54,414 bases of DNA from a bacterium (GCA_021796415.1 JAJYJC010000003.1:1-54414), one strand, 5' to 3'. Shown: positions 27,214 to 35,873, counted from the first letter of the stretch. The notes: generated by a model not told the origin, from the letters alone. A program made the numbers and translations.

Positions 27214-27237
27214 TGCCGCCAACTCTTGTAGCGCAGA

Positions 27238-27266
27238 TTGACAAAGAGGCTATGGTTTTGTATACT
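27238..27266 (+). promoter_or_regulatory. Sigma70 promoter
   Basis: TTGACA-17 nt-TATACT with extended TG. Confidence 0.78.
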
Positions 27267-27289
27267 ACACCTTGTCTTTGTGAGGCAAT

Positions 27290-28471
27290 ATGATACCTGA
27301 TAATTACAACAATGGCTTTTTCCAGGAAAATCCGAAGCCGGCCAAAAAAAATAAGAAATTTTTTAACTTCATTTCTCATAAAAAATGGACTATGTCTAAG
27401 GCGGAAGACGCCAGAGGCATTTTTAAGCGCTCCACAAGAAGATTTTCGCATTATGCGATAATGTTTATTTTTATAATGGTGCTTATACTCGGCATATTCG
27501 CAAGGCCCGGCAAAGACGAGAATAAAAATCCTTATCTTTTTCAAAAGGCCGATGAAGAGGTTAATCAGGTTACTTACGCCCAGTCGGTGGCAACGATTGC
27601 CGGTATCATAGACCAAAAGATTGGCCAGCAGGCATATGACATTGCCTCCAAGCAGGAAACGGCGCCGGTGCTTGCCATGGCAGGAAATAGCTTTGTTGCC
27701 AACCCGATCTTGTCTGAAACGAGGCAATCGACCGACAAGCCCAAGAATGACATCCAGTGGTACATAGTTAAAGACGGCGATACGCTCTCAACCATTGCCG
27801 GCGCTTATGGTCTAACGACAGATACGCTAAGATGGGCGAACAATATAAACGACCCCGACTCGGTAAAGCCGGGCCAAAAGCTGGTGATACCGCCGACTAC
27901 GGGTGTTCTCTATACTGTTAAAGACGGCGATACTCTTGATGCAATTGCATCTCAATTTAGTTCAACCAAAGCCGTTATTGTCGCGCAAAACGACTTGTAC
28001 GGCGAGGATATAAAGTCGGGAATGATGGTTATGATTCCCGACGGTGTCGGGCCTGCGATTGTGAAACCCGCTCCCGCTCCGGCGCCAACGACTGAGTATG
28101 CCAGCAGTCAGGATGACAATCAGTCGAGCCAATCAGCGCCTCAAGGAACATATTATTCCGGATCCAGCTATAACAGGTTTCCATATGGCTGGTGCACCTG
28201 GTATGTTGCAAGCCGCAGAAATGTTCCATGGAGCGGAAATGCCGGTGATTGGTACTGGAACGCTGCTTCTATGGGCTATTCTGTGGGCCACGCGCCTGCT
28301 CCCGGAGCTATTATGGTGACCGCGGAGTCAGGCTGGGGACACGTAGCATATGTTGAGAGCGTGAACGGCAATACTTTTACTGTTTCCGAGATGAACTATA
28401 ATGGCTGGGGCGTGGTGGACAGAAGAACAGTTTCCATCGGTTCGGTCCCGCTTATTGGATTTATATATTAG
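27290..28471 (+). CDS. LysM x2 + CHAP peptidoglycan hydrolase
   Basis: YIVKDGDTLSTIA, YTVKDGDTLDAIA, GWCTWYVA, WGHVAYVE, SEMNY. Confidence 0.92.
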   Translation: MIPDNYNNGFFQENPKPAKKNKKFFNFISHKKWTMSKAEDARGIFKRSTRRFSHYAIMFIFIMVLILGIFARPGKDENKNPYLFQKADEEVNQVTYAQSVATIAGIIDQKIGQQAYDIASKQETAPVLAMAGNSFVANPILSETRQSTDKPKNDIQWYIVKDGDTLSTIAGAYGLTTDTLRWANNINDPDSVKPGQKLVIPPTTGVLYTVKDGDTLDAIASQFSSTKAVIVAQNDLYGEDIKSGMMVMIPDGVGPAIVKPAPAPAPTTEYASSQDDNQSSQSAPQGTYYSGSSYNRFPYGWCTWYVASRRNVPWSGNAGDWYWNAASMGYSVGHAPAPGAIMVTAESGWGHVAYVESVNGNTFTVSEMNYNGWGVVDRRTVSIGSVPLIGFIY

Positions 28472-28476
28472 ACCAA

Positions 28477-28570
28477 GTTATTCGATTGTGGCTCAGTGGT
28501 TATTCGTTTGTTATTCAATTGCATGACTATTGAATTGCTACTGAATGACTATTGTATTACCATTGAAACC
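28477..28570. repeat. 11-nt-period degenerate array
   Basis: GTTATTCGATT GTGGCTCAGTG GTTATTCGTTT GTTATTCAATT ... ATGACTATTGA ATTGCTACTGA ATGACTATTGT. Confidence 0.65.
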
Positions 28571-29890
28571 ATGTTTTGTGATGAAGCGACAATTCAAGTA
28601 ACTGCCGGCAAGGGAGGCGATGGCCTGTCTAGCTTTTTGCATGAAAAATTCAGGGCAAAGGGCGGATCTGATGGAGGCAATGGAGGAGATGGAGGCAGTG
28701 TTTATTTAATTTCAAGCAACAGCACAAACACTCTCTATGACTACAAAACAAAACGGCGCATGAAGGCGGAAAACGGCGAGCAGGGGAAAAGATATAAAAA
28801 ACACGGCGCACAGGGAAAAGATTTAGAGGTCAGAGTGCCCATTGGGACTCAGGTATTTGACGAGGCAAGCGGTCACAAATTGTTTGATTTTACTAAAAAC
28901 GGCCAGAAGTTTTTAGCTGCGAAAGGAGGAGAGGGCGGTTTTGGCAATGCTCACTTCGTCTCATCAGTCAGGCAGGCGCCGCAGGTTGCAGAACTCGGTG
29001 AAAAAGGAGAAGAAAAAACTCTCAAGTTAGAACTAAAACTTATTGCCGATGTCGGCTTGATTGGGCTGCCCAATGTCGGCAAATCCACCTTTCTTTCAGT
29101 TGTATCAGCGGCCAGGCCCAAAATCGCCGATTATCCCTTTACCACAATTATCCTAAATCTTGGCGTTGTGGACGGCTCAAAACACGGCATTAAAGGCTTC
29201 AGCTTTGTTATTGCCGACATTCCCGGATTAATAGAAGGCGCCTCAAAGGGAAAAGGGCTTGGGGATGAATTTCTGCGCCATGTTGAGAGAAATCGCGTCC
29301 TGGTGCATTTTATCGACTCAAACTCAGAGGATTTTGCCAAAGACTTTAAAGATATCAACAGAGAGCTCCTAGAATTTAGCAAAGATCTAGTTTTGAAGCC
29401 CCAGATCGTGGTGATCACAAAGACTGACGCGGCAAATGATTTCCAGGAAAAGTTACAGAGATTACAAAATGAGCTAAAAAAGGAAAAGAAAGTAAAAATC
29501 ATAAACAAAAAGCCTCTTTTGATCTCCGCAGCCACTCACGCGGGTGTTAAGGAATTGGTCTCTTTGGTTGCCCAGACTTTACAAAAACAACTACTTTCCT
29601 CTTTGTCATCCCCGCGCAGGCGGGGAACTACAACAAAAGCAGGGGAAAAGGTCTTCACGGCGCGCGATATTGTCGGCTCAACTTTTCACATTGAGGAAAT
29701 AGGCGGCAAATTCATTATTACAGGAGCAAAAATAGAACGATTTGCCCGCAAAACTGATTTTTCAAATTACCATTCAAAAGCCAGAATGCTGGACATCATG
29801 AGCAAAATGGGTATAATGAAGGAGCTCGAGAAAAGAGGGGCCGGTGTCGGCAGTGAAATTGAAGTTAGCGGCAAGAAGTTTAAATTATAA
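28571..29890 (+). CDS. obgE: GTPase ObgE/CgtA with C-terminal domain
   Basis: MFCDEATI, GGDGGSV, GLPNVGKST, DIPGLIEGA, TKTD; REP-like insert at 29605-29626. Confidence 0.96.
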   Translation: MFCDEATIQVTAGKGGDGLSSFLHEKFRAKGGSDGGNGGDGGSVYLISSNSTNTLYDYKTKRRMKAENGEQGKRYKKHGAQGKDLEVRVPIGTQVFDEASGHKLFDFTKNGQKFLAAKGGEGGFGNAHFVSSVRQAPQVAELGEKGEEKTLKLELKLIADVGLIGLPNVGKSTFLSVVSAARPKIADYPFTTIILNLGVVDGSKHGIKGFSFVIADIPGLIEGASKGKGLGDEFLRHVERNRVLVHFIDSNSEDFAKDFKDINRELLEFSKDLVLKPQIVVITKTDAANDFQEKLQRLQNELKKEKKVKIINKKPLLISAATHAGVKELVSLVAQTLQKQLLSSLSSPRRRGTTTKAGEKVFTARDIVGSTFHIEEIGGKFIITGAKIERFARKTDFSNYHSKARMLDIMSKMGIMKELEKRGAGVGSEIEVSGKKFKL

Positions 29891-30066
29891 AAAATCCTAA
29901 ATCCTAAATCCTAATTTCTAAACAAATTCGAAATTATAAATCCAAAACATTTTGAATTTGAAGTATTTGAATTTATAATTTGTTTAGTATTTCGATATTA
30001 GAATTTAGTATTTAAAAGTTAAGGGATTCCTCGGCTTGTCGCTACCATGAAGCCGCTCGGAATGAC
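29891..30066. repeat. Heptamer-period hairpin element plus REP-like half element
   Basis: CTAAATCCTAATTTCTAAACAAATT...ATTTGTTTAGTATTTCG...TTAGAATTTAG; AAGGGATTCCTCGG..GCTCGGAATGAC (30021-30066). Confidence 0.8.
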
Positions 30067-30089
30067 AAACTAGGGAAGGAGTCAGATCT

Positions 30090-31916
30090 GTGTGCGGAAT
30101 TGTCGGATATCTTGGCGAAAAAAATGCTGAAAATACCTTGCTCGAAGGCTTAAAAAGGCTTGAGTACAGAGGTTATGATTCTGCAGGAATTGCGATCATA
30201 AAAAACGGAAAGGTAACTTCCCGAAAAGCTGTCGGCAAGATTGTCAATCTAGAGAAGAAGATTAACGGGAAAAATATGGATGCTGGTATTGGCATTTCCC
30301 ACACAAGATGGGCGACTCATGGCAAGCCGACAGAGGAAAACGCCCACCCGCATCTTTCTTGCGACGGAAATATCGCAGTTGTCCACAATGGCATCATTGA
30401 AAATTACCAAGCGCTCAGGGAAGAGCTAAAGAAAAAGGGGCACAAGTTTGTTTCCGAGACAGACTCTGAAGTTTTGGCCCATTTGATCGAAGAATTTTAT
30501 AAAAATGATTTTAAGCGCGCAGTTTGCGAAGCACTCAAGCTAGTTGAAGGGACATATGGTATCGCCGTAATTGCTGGCGACAAGCCTCAGGAAATCATTG
30601 TAGCCAGAAAGGGCAGCCCTCTAGTTCTGGGTATTGGAGAAAATGAAAACTTTGTGGCATCTGACGTGGCGGCGATTTTAGGCTATACAAAACAGGTTGT
30701 TTATCTAAATGACGGGGAAATTGCCAAGATCACCAAAAACAACTTCGAAATCACTGATTTAGATGAGAAAAAGATAGATTCCGAGATTAGCGAGATCGAA
30801 TGGTCCCTGGAAGAGTCCCAAAAGGGCGGCCATGACCACTTTATGCTAAAAGAAATCATGGAACAGCCCAAGGTAATAGTGGATTCGACGAGAGGAAGGC
30901 TAATGCCGGATGAGGGGACGGTAAGGCTTGGCGGGCTGGAGGCCGTGGAAGAAAAATTAAGAAAAATTGAACGCATCATCATTCTCGCTTGCGGCACGGC
31001 CAGATATGCCGGCCTGGTCGGCGAATACATGATGGAGGAATACGCCGAAATTCCGGTTGAAGTTGAGTTTGCGTCCGAGTTTCGCTATCGAAAACCGATA
31101 CTTGACGAGCGTACTGCCGTGATAGCGATAAGCCAGTCGGGCGAAACGGCAGACACCCTGGCGGCTATCCGCGAGGCTAAAAGGAAGGGAGCTTTGACGC
31201 TTGGCATTGTAAATGTTGTCGGCTCGACGATTGCCAGAGAAACCGATGCAGGCGTGTATAATCATGCCGGCCCGGAGATTGCCGTAGCTTCAACCAAAGC
31301 GTTCACTTCGCAACTAATAGTTTTGACTCTGATGACAGTGCTCCTAGGCAGGCAGAGGAAAATGTCTGAAGTAACCGGCAGAAGGATTATTGAAGAAATT
31401 GAAAAATTGCCGAAAAAGATCGAGAAAATTCTTGGCGCCAAAGACGATATTAAAAAATTAGCCAAGAAGTACGCCGATTACCCGAACTTTATGTATCTGG
31501 GCCGAAAATATTGTTTTCCTTTGGCCGAGGAGGGGGCATTGAAGCTCAAAGAGATTTCCTACATCCATTCCGAAGGTTTTGCAGCCGGCGAGATGAAGCA
31601 TGGCTCCATTGCTCTTATTGATGAAGATTTTCCGGTATTTGCAATAGCTCCCAAAGACAGCGTTTATGAGAAAAACATTTCAAATATTGAGGAAATTCGG
31701 GCCAGAATGGGTAAGATCATTATTTTAACCACGGAAGGAAATAAAGAAGCGGAGAAAATAGCCGACGATGTCATATACATACCGAAAACACTAGAAATGC
31801 TGACGCCGATTCTCGGCGTGGTGCCGCTTCAGCTCTTTGCTTATTACATTTCTTGCTTCCGAGGGCTTGATGTCGACAAGCCGCGAAATTTGGCAAAATC
31901 GGTAACAGTAGAGTAA
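30090..31916 (+). CDS. glmS: Glutamine--fructose-6-phosphate aminotransferase
   Basis: MCGIVG, EYRGYDSAG, HTRWATHG, SQSGETADT, EMKHG, PRNLAKSVTVE. Confidence 0.98.
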   Translation: MCGIVGYLGEKNAENTLLEGLKRLEYRGYDSAGIAIIKNGKVTSRKAVGKIVNLEKKINGKNMDAGIGISHTRWATHGKPTEENAHPHLSCDGNIAVVHNGIIENYQALREELKKKGHKFVSETDSEVLAHLIEEFYKNDFKRAVCEALKLVEGTYGIAVIAGDKPQEIIVARKGSPLVLGIGENENFVASDVAAILGYTKQVVYLNDGEIAKITKNNFEITDLDEKKIDSEISEIEWSLEESQKGGHDHFMLKEIMEQPKVIVDSTRGRLMPDEGTVRLGGLEAVEEKLRKIERIIILACGTARYAGLVGEYMMEEYAEIPVEVEFASEFRYRKPILDERTAVIAISQSGETADTLAAIREAKRKGALTLGIVNVVGSTIARETDAGVYNHAGPEIAVASTKAFTSQLIVLTLMTVLLGRQRKMSEVTGRRIIEEIEKLPKKIEKILGAKDDIKKLAKKYADYPNFMYLGRKYCFPLAEEGALKLKEISYIHSEGFAAGEMKHGSIALIDEDFPVFAIAPKDSVYEKNISNIEEIRARMGKIIILTTEGNKEAEKIADDVIYIPKTLEMLTPILGVVPLQLFAYYISCFRGLDVDKPRNLAKSVTVE

Positions 31917-31970
31917 GAAGTAAATTAAAAGTTATTATGAATTTATAATTTCGAATTGTAAATTATACCC

Positions 31971-32152
31971 GGGCCTATAGTTAAACGGTATAACGCGGCG
32001 TTCGTCCCGCACATATTTTCAAAATATTTAGGGGTTATCGTATAATGGCTATTACATGGCATTCGCATTGCCAAAATCTGGGTTCGATTCCCAGTAACTC
32101 CACCAATATGTGCGGGACCGTATTCCGAGTTCAATTCTCGGTAGGTCCACCA
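31971..32152 (+). ncRNA. Split/interrupted tRNA-Ala-like frame enclosing a complete tRNA
   Basis: 5' half GGGCCTA-TA-GTTA AACGGTA TAAC-G-CGGCG-TTCG; 3' half CCG-TATT-CCGAG TTCAATT CTCGG-TAGGTCC-ACCA; 7-bp acceptor with G3:U70; 14-bp IR at 32004-32017 and 32105-32118. Confidence 0.8.
32031..32105 (+). tRNA. tRNA-Ala(CGC)
   Basis: GGGGTTA/TAACTCC acceptor with G3:U70, TGGCA-TT CGC AT-TGCCA anticodon arm, CTGGG TTCGATT CCCAG T arm, encoded ACCA; 75 nt. Confidence 0.95.
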
Positions 32153-32173
32153 TTTGACTAACTAATATTTTTT

Positions 32174-32758
32174 ATGAGTATCAAAGAGGGTCAAATCTGG
32201 AAATTGGCAAGACCACTGCTGGAAAAGGGTCTGAATAAAGACTTTGTGCTGCATGCCCAAGGCGTTTTAGCAGCGGTGAAATTAATTGCAAAAGAAGAGG
32301 GGGGAGATCTGGAAATTCTCATTCCTGCCGCTATTTTGCATGATGTGGGTTGGGCGAAAGTTCCAAATGACAATCAAAAAACGAAAGATACGGAAAAAAG
32401 AGCCGAGGGAGAAAAGCTTCATCTGATTTTTGGAGCGGAACTAGCTGGAGATATAATGCAAAAATTGGATTATAGCGATAAGGCAGCCAAGGAAGTGGCC
32501 AAAATCATTAAATCCCATATGGACACAGAGCCCAATGATAAGAATACCAAAATTTTAATAGATGCGGATGCCTTGAGTGATGTTTTTAGGGATAATTTTT
32601 ATGCAGAAAGCAAGGCTTAAGGCAATGACCTTGAGAGCCATTTAGAAATCAGGTCTGGAAATAAATTTTTCACTAAAACAGCCCGGGAAATTTTTGATCG
32701 CGAACTAGCAGCAAGAAAAAGGGAGATTGAGGAAAATGCGAGTCAAAGAAGCGCTTAA
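32174..32758 (+). pseudogene. HD-domain protein interrupted by an in-frame TAA at 32618-32620
   Basis: VLHAQGV, AILHDVGW, IIKSH, LIDADALS; the frame stays open 45 codons after the TAA (FFTKTAREIFDRELAARKREI). Confidence 0.62.
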
Positions 32759-33752
32759 GTGGGCAAACCGACAATTGAAAAACAATAAAGTTTCTGAGCC
32801 GGAAAAATCGGCAGAGTTTTTGCTGCGGCAAGTTTTAAGCGCAGGAGCTCAGTCCCACACCGGGTGTGGGATTGAATGGGATAAAGCCAAGTTAATCGCA
32901 AATCCCGATTACGCATTAACTGGGAAGCAGGAGGAGCAATTCCGCCAGTTCATCGAGAGACGCAAGAAGCACGAACCGGTTTGGTATATAACGGGGCGCA
33001 TAGAATTTTATGGACTGGATTTGGAGGTCAGCCAGGATGTTTTGATTCCGCGGCCGGAAACAGAGTTTCTGGTTGAAGAGGTGCTCTCCGTCATTCCCGC
33101 GGAGGCGGGAATCCAGAGAAAGGATTGTATAGATTCCCGCCTCTGCGGGAATGACAGTAAAAAGGGCGGGAATGACAATGCTGCTAGGATTTTGGAGCTG
33201 GGAACAGGGAGTGGAGCGATATCTCTTGCGCTTGCGAGCCAATTCAAGGGTAAAAAAGAAGGATTCTGGTCAAGCCAGAATGACGTAGAAATTTTTGCTT
33301 CGGATATTTCCAGTGATGCACTTAAGATTGCCAAAAGGAATGCAAAGAGGTTAGGACTGGATTCCCGATCGGGGTCGGGAATGACAAAAATAGTCGGCAT
33401 TGAGTTTCGGCAGGGAGACTTGCTGGCGCCATGGCAAGGTGAAATGTTTGACATCATTGTTGCCAATTTGCCATACATACCGCATGAAGATCTGGATTCG
33501 TTAGCACTCGATATCCATCACTGGGAACCAAGGGTGGCTTTGGACGGAGGCAAGGAAGGTCTGGAGATTTACGAAAGGCTGATAAAACAGGCAAAAGATT
33601 ATTTAAATGAAAATTATCAAATGTTTTTTGAAATAGGCATTGGCCAAGGGAAGGGAATTCGCAAATTAGCCGAAAAATACTTACCGGAGGCAAGCGTTGA
33701 AATAAAAAAAGATTATGGCGACATTGACCGCATCGCTATAATCAAAGGCTAG
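32736..33752 (+). CDS. prmC: Release factor glutamine methyltransferase PrmC with four repeat-derived inserts
   Basis: EPVWYITG, VLIPRPETE, ELGTGSGAI, DIS..AL, ANLPYIP, ALDGGKEGL, EIG, KDYGDIDR. Confidence 0.95.
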   Translation: MRVKEALKWANRQLKNNKVSEPEKSAEFLLRQVLSAGAQSHTGCGIEWDKAKLIANPDYALTGKQEEQFRQFIERRKKHEPVWYITGRIEFYGLDLEVSQDVLIPRPETEFLVEEVLSVIPAEAGIQRKDCIDSRLCGNDSKKGGNDNAARILELGTGSGAISLALASQFKGKKEGFWSSQNDVEIFASDISSDALKIAKRNAKRLGLDSRSGSGMTKIVGIEFRQGDLLAPWQGEMFDIIVANLPYIPHEDLDSLALDIHHWEPRVALDGGKEGLEIYERLIKQAKDYLNENYQMFFEIGIGQGKGIRKLAEKYLPEASVEIKKDYGDIDRIAIIKG

Positions 33753-33757
33753 AAATC

Positions 33758-33833
33758 TGGTGGACCCTACCGGGATCGAACCGGTGACCTCATCCATGCC
33801 ATGGATGCGCTCTACCAACTGAGCCAAGGGCCC
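33758..33833 (-). tRNA. tRNA-Ala(GGC)
   Basis: Reverse complement GGGCCCTTGGCTCAGTTGGTAGAGCGCATCC-AT GGC AT-GGATG..CCGGTTCGATCCCGGTAGGGTCCACCA; G3:U70, A32-U38. Confidence 0.96.
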
Positions 33834-33844
33834 CTGAAATAAAT

Positions 33845-33909
33845 GTCATTCTGAACTTGATTCAGAATCCAGACTGATTATATAGATTCCGGATCAAGCC
33901 CGGAATGAC
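33845..33909. repeat. REP-like doublet
   Basis: GTCATTCTGAACTTGATTCAGAATCCAG ... AGATTCCGGATCAAGCCCGGAATGAC. Confidence 0.85.
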
Positions 33910-34000
33910 AAAACGAATTTTAGCATAAAATTGAGGTTTTGAGAACCCTGCGCACCTTAATCTATTTGAACATAAGAGCTATTTGGCATACACTAAATGA

Positions 34001-34681
34001 ATGAATTGGGAAAAAGGAAAGATCATTATCGTGTCAGTTATAGTCGTCTTGGCGGTTGCGGGCGGCTTTGCCGTATACTATTCAGGCAAAAATCAAAACA
34101 GCCAAGAAAAACCGGCATCAAATAATTCTGAAAATGGCAAAAGCGAAGAACAGAGCCAGGGTTCTGGAGGCACTGCCGCAAAACCTCAGCCGAACCAAGG
34201 CAATTCGCAAGGACAAGCATATAAAAACGACCTAGGATATGAGGTATCGGTAGCCGGCAATCTTCATTACAGAGATATCACAAGTGATATTCGAAACGAC
34301 CAGTCGCTAGTCGGGCACGGCGGAGGACCGACTCCGAAAAATGAAGTGATTTTTTCCGATAATCAAGATAATTTGAGTCTGGATGCTGTGTCGAAAGAGA
34401 ATTACAGCTTTACAATCTCGGTTTATGAAAATGCAAATGTCGAGATGCTCCTAGGCGCGCCGATTGACAGCCAGTATGCTCATTTCTCCAAGCAAACAAT
34501 CGGGGGCGTTTCGTGGACAAAAGAGGAAATGCTTCAAGATCCCGACAAAGGCGCAATCAGTCTTGCGGTTGCCAAAAGCGGGTTAACTTACAGCATACAC
34601 ATTACCGGCAAGGTAGCCGGCAACTCGGCGCAAATGAGCCAGATCGATCAGATGCTCGGCTCATTTAAATTTACAAAATAG
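34001..34681 (+). CDS. Membrane-anchored hypothetical protein (PsbP-like C-terminus)
   Basis: N-terminal TM, N/Q/S/G-rich linker, ends IDQMLGSFKFTK like 10791..11900. Confidence 0.75.
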   Translation: MNWEKGKIIIVSVIVVLAVAGGFAVYYSGKNQNSQEKPASNNSENGKSEEQSQGSGGTAAKPQPNQGNSQGQAYKNDLGYEVSVAGNLHYRDITSDIRNDQSLVGHGGGPTPKNEVIFSDNQDNLSLDAVSKENYSFTISVYENANVEMLLGAPIDSQYAHFSKQTIGGVSWTKEEMLQDPDKGAISLAVAKSGLTYSIHITGKVAGNSAQMSQIDQMLGSFKFTK

Positions 34682-34700
34682 GTCGTAATCCACTCTCATT

Positions 34701-34813
34701 GTCATTCCGCCTGCCTGCCGGCAGGCAGGGACTATTCATTTAAAATATAATCAGTTGATCCGGAATCCAGCATCTTTGAACAAAAAGAAAGATTCTGGAC
34801 AAGCCAGAATGAC
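34701..34813. repeat. REP-like doublet with nested 20-bp module
   Basis: GTCATTCCG[CCTGCCTGCCGGCAGGCAGG]...CCGGAATCCAG...GATTCTGGACAAGCCAGAATGAC. Confidence 0.82.
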
Positions 34814-34886
34814 ATGCTAAAAATGTTTTCTTAAGGTCTCAAAACCCTTTACGATTTTAGCTAAACGCATTAGAATATTTACGCCT

Positions 34887-35402
34887 ATGAAGACAATCGC
34901 CACCATATCAAACAAGGACTTCGGCCTGGACGAAACAAAAAGGAAGGACGAGCTGGAGTTAAGAAACGCCGCACGAGCGGTGCTTTTTAATGAGAAAAGT
35001 GAGGTGGCGATAATTGCGGTGCCGACCGGGAACTATCACAAAATACCGGGCGGTGGAGTTGAGGAAGGCGAAGATATAAAATCTGCATTGAAAAGAGAGA
35101 TTTTAGAAGAGGTCGGCTGTGAAGCTGAAATTATGGCGGAAATAGGGCAGATATTGGAGTACCGTGACCCGATAAAGCAATATTCCTTTGGGTTTTTGGC
35201 AAAAGTGAAAGGCGAGATTGGTAAACCGAAGTTTACGGATTCCGAGAAGGAAGAAGACTTCCAGATTGCCGAGTGGCTGCCCATTGATGAGGCGATTAAA
35301 ACCTTCGAAAAAGACAAGCCAAACTTTTTGATGGCACAGTTTATGTCGAAAAGAGATAAAATGTTTTTGGAAAAAGCAAAAGAAATAATGGAGGAAAAAT
35401 GA
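34887..35402 (+). CDS. NUDIX hydrolase
   Basis: Nudix box GGVEEGEDIKSALKREILEEVG. Confidence 0.92.
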   Translation: MKTIATISNKDFGLDETKRKDELELRNAARAVLFNEKSEVAIIAVPTGNYHKIPGGGVEEGEDIKSALKREILEEVGCEAEIMAEIGQILEYRDPIKQYSFGFLAKVKGEIGKPKFTDSEKEEDFQIAEWLPIDEAIKTFEKDKPNFLMAQFMSKRDKMFLEKAKEIMEEK

Positions 35403-35830
35403 TCGAATACAGAAAGCTAGAAAAGGCAGGCATTGAAAAGAATTTGGATAATATAAATTCTCTTTACGGACAACTAAGCTCTAAACACAAAGAGATAAAT
35501 ATTGATAGATTGCGAGAAGTTCTGGAAAAAAAACATGCATTCGTGCTTGGTGCCTTTGACCGGGAAAAATTAGTAGGGATTGGTTCCTTACACATCGTTC
35601 AAATGATTGCCGGAAGCAAGGGATTGATCGAAGAGGTCGTGGTTGATGAAAACTACAGGAGGCAAGGGATCGCAAGAAATATAACTCAAAAACTGCTTGA
35701 TAAAGGGAAAGATTTGCGTTTAAAATACGCCGATCTGACCAGTCGGCCAAATAAGGAAGCAGCAAACAATTTGTATAAATCACTTGGATTTGAGCTCCGC
35801 GACACAAATTGCTATCGATTTGAGTTTTAG
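35399..35830 (+). CDS. GNAT acetyltransferase
   Basis: IEEVVVDENYRRQGIA, AANNLYKSLGF. Confidence 0.92.
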   Translation: MIEYRKLEKAGIEKNLDNINSLYGQLSSKHKEINIDRLREVLEKKHAFVLGAFDREKLVGIGSLHIVQMIAGSKGLIEEVVVDENYRRQGIARNITQKLLDKGKDLRLKYADLTSRPNKEAANNLYKSLGFELRDTNCYRFEF

Positions 35831-35841
35831 ATAAAATGCCT

Positions 35842-35873
35842 GAAAAAGGCCGCTTCATAAGGGCGGTCTTTTC
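35842..35873 (+). terminator. Intrinsic terminator
   Basis: GAAAAAGGCCGC-TTCATAAGG-GCGGTCTTTTC. Confidence 0.65.

Noticed and set aside
29891-30089. glmS ribozyme upstream of glmS
   Set aside because: The interval is fully explained by repeat elements and no ribozyme core is recognisable.
32004-32118. Group I intron or archaeal bulge-helix-bulge intron
   Set aside because: Too short and no catalytic core for group I; the junction folds as 2-3 bp, one 6-nt bulge and a long helix, not 3-4-3 BHB.
31971-32152. tmRNA interpretation of the outer Ala-type frame
   Set aside because: Only 182 nt, has a true D stem, and has no room for a tag reading frame or pseudoknots; the interior is itself a tRNA.
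32618-32620. Stop-codon reassignment
   Set aside because: TAA, TAG and TGA all end well-supported genes here, and no other conserved gene has an internal stop.
32140-33775. Convergent tRNA-Ala 3' ends as att sites of an integrated element
   Set aside because: They are inverted rather than direct, there is no integrase, and the enclosed genes are ordinary.
33911-34852. Terminal inverted repeats around 34001..34681 (TTTTAGCAT/ATGCTAAAA and GGTTTTGAGA/TCTCAAAACC)
   Set aside because: The two motifs occur in the same order on both sides, which does not fit a true inverted repeat; no transposase or target duplication.
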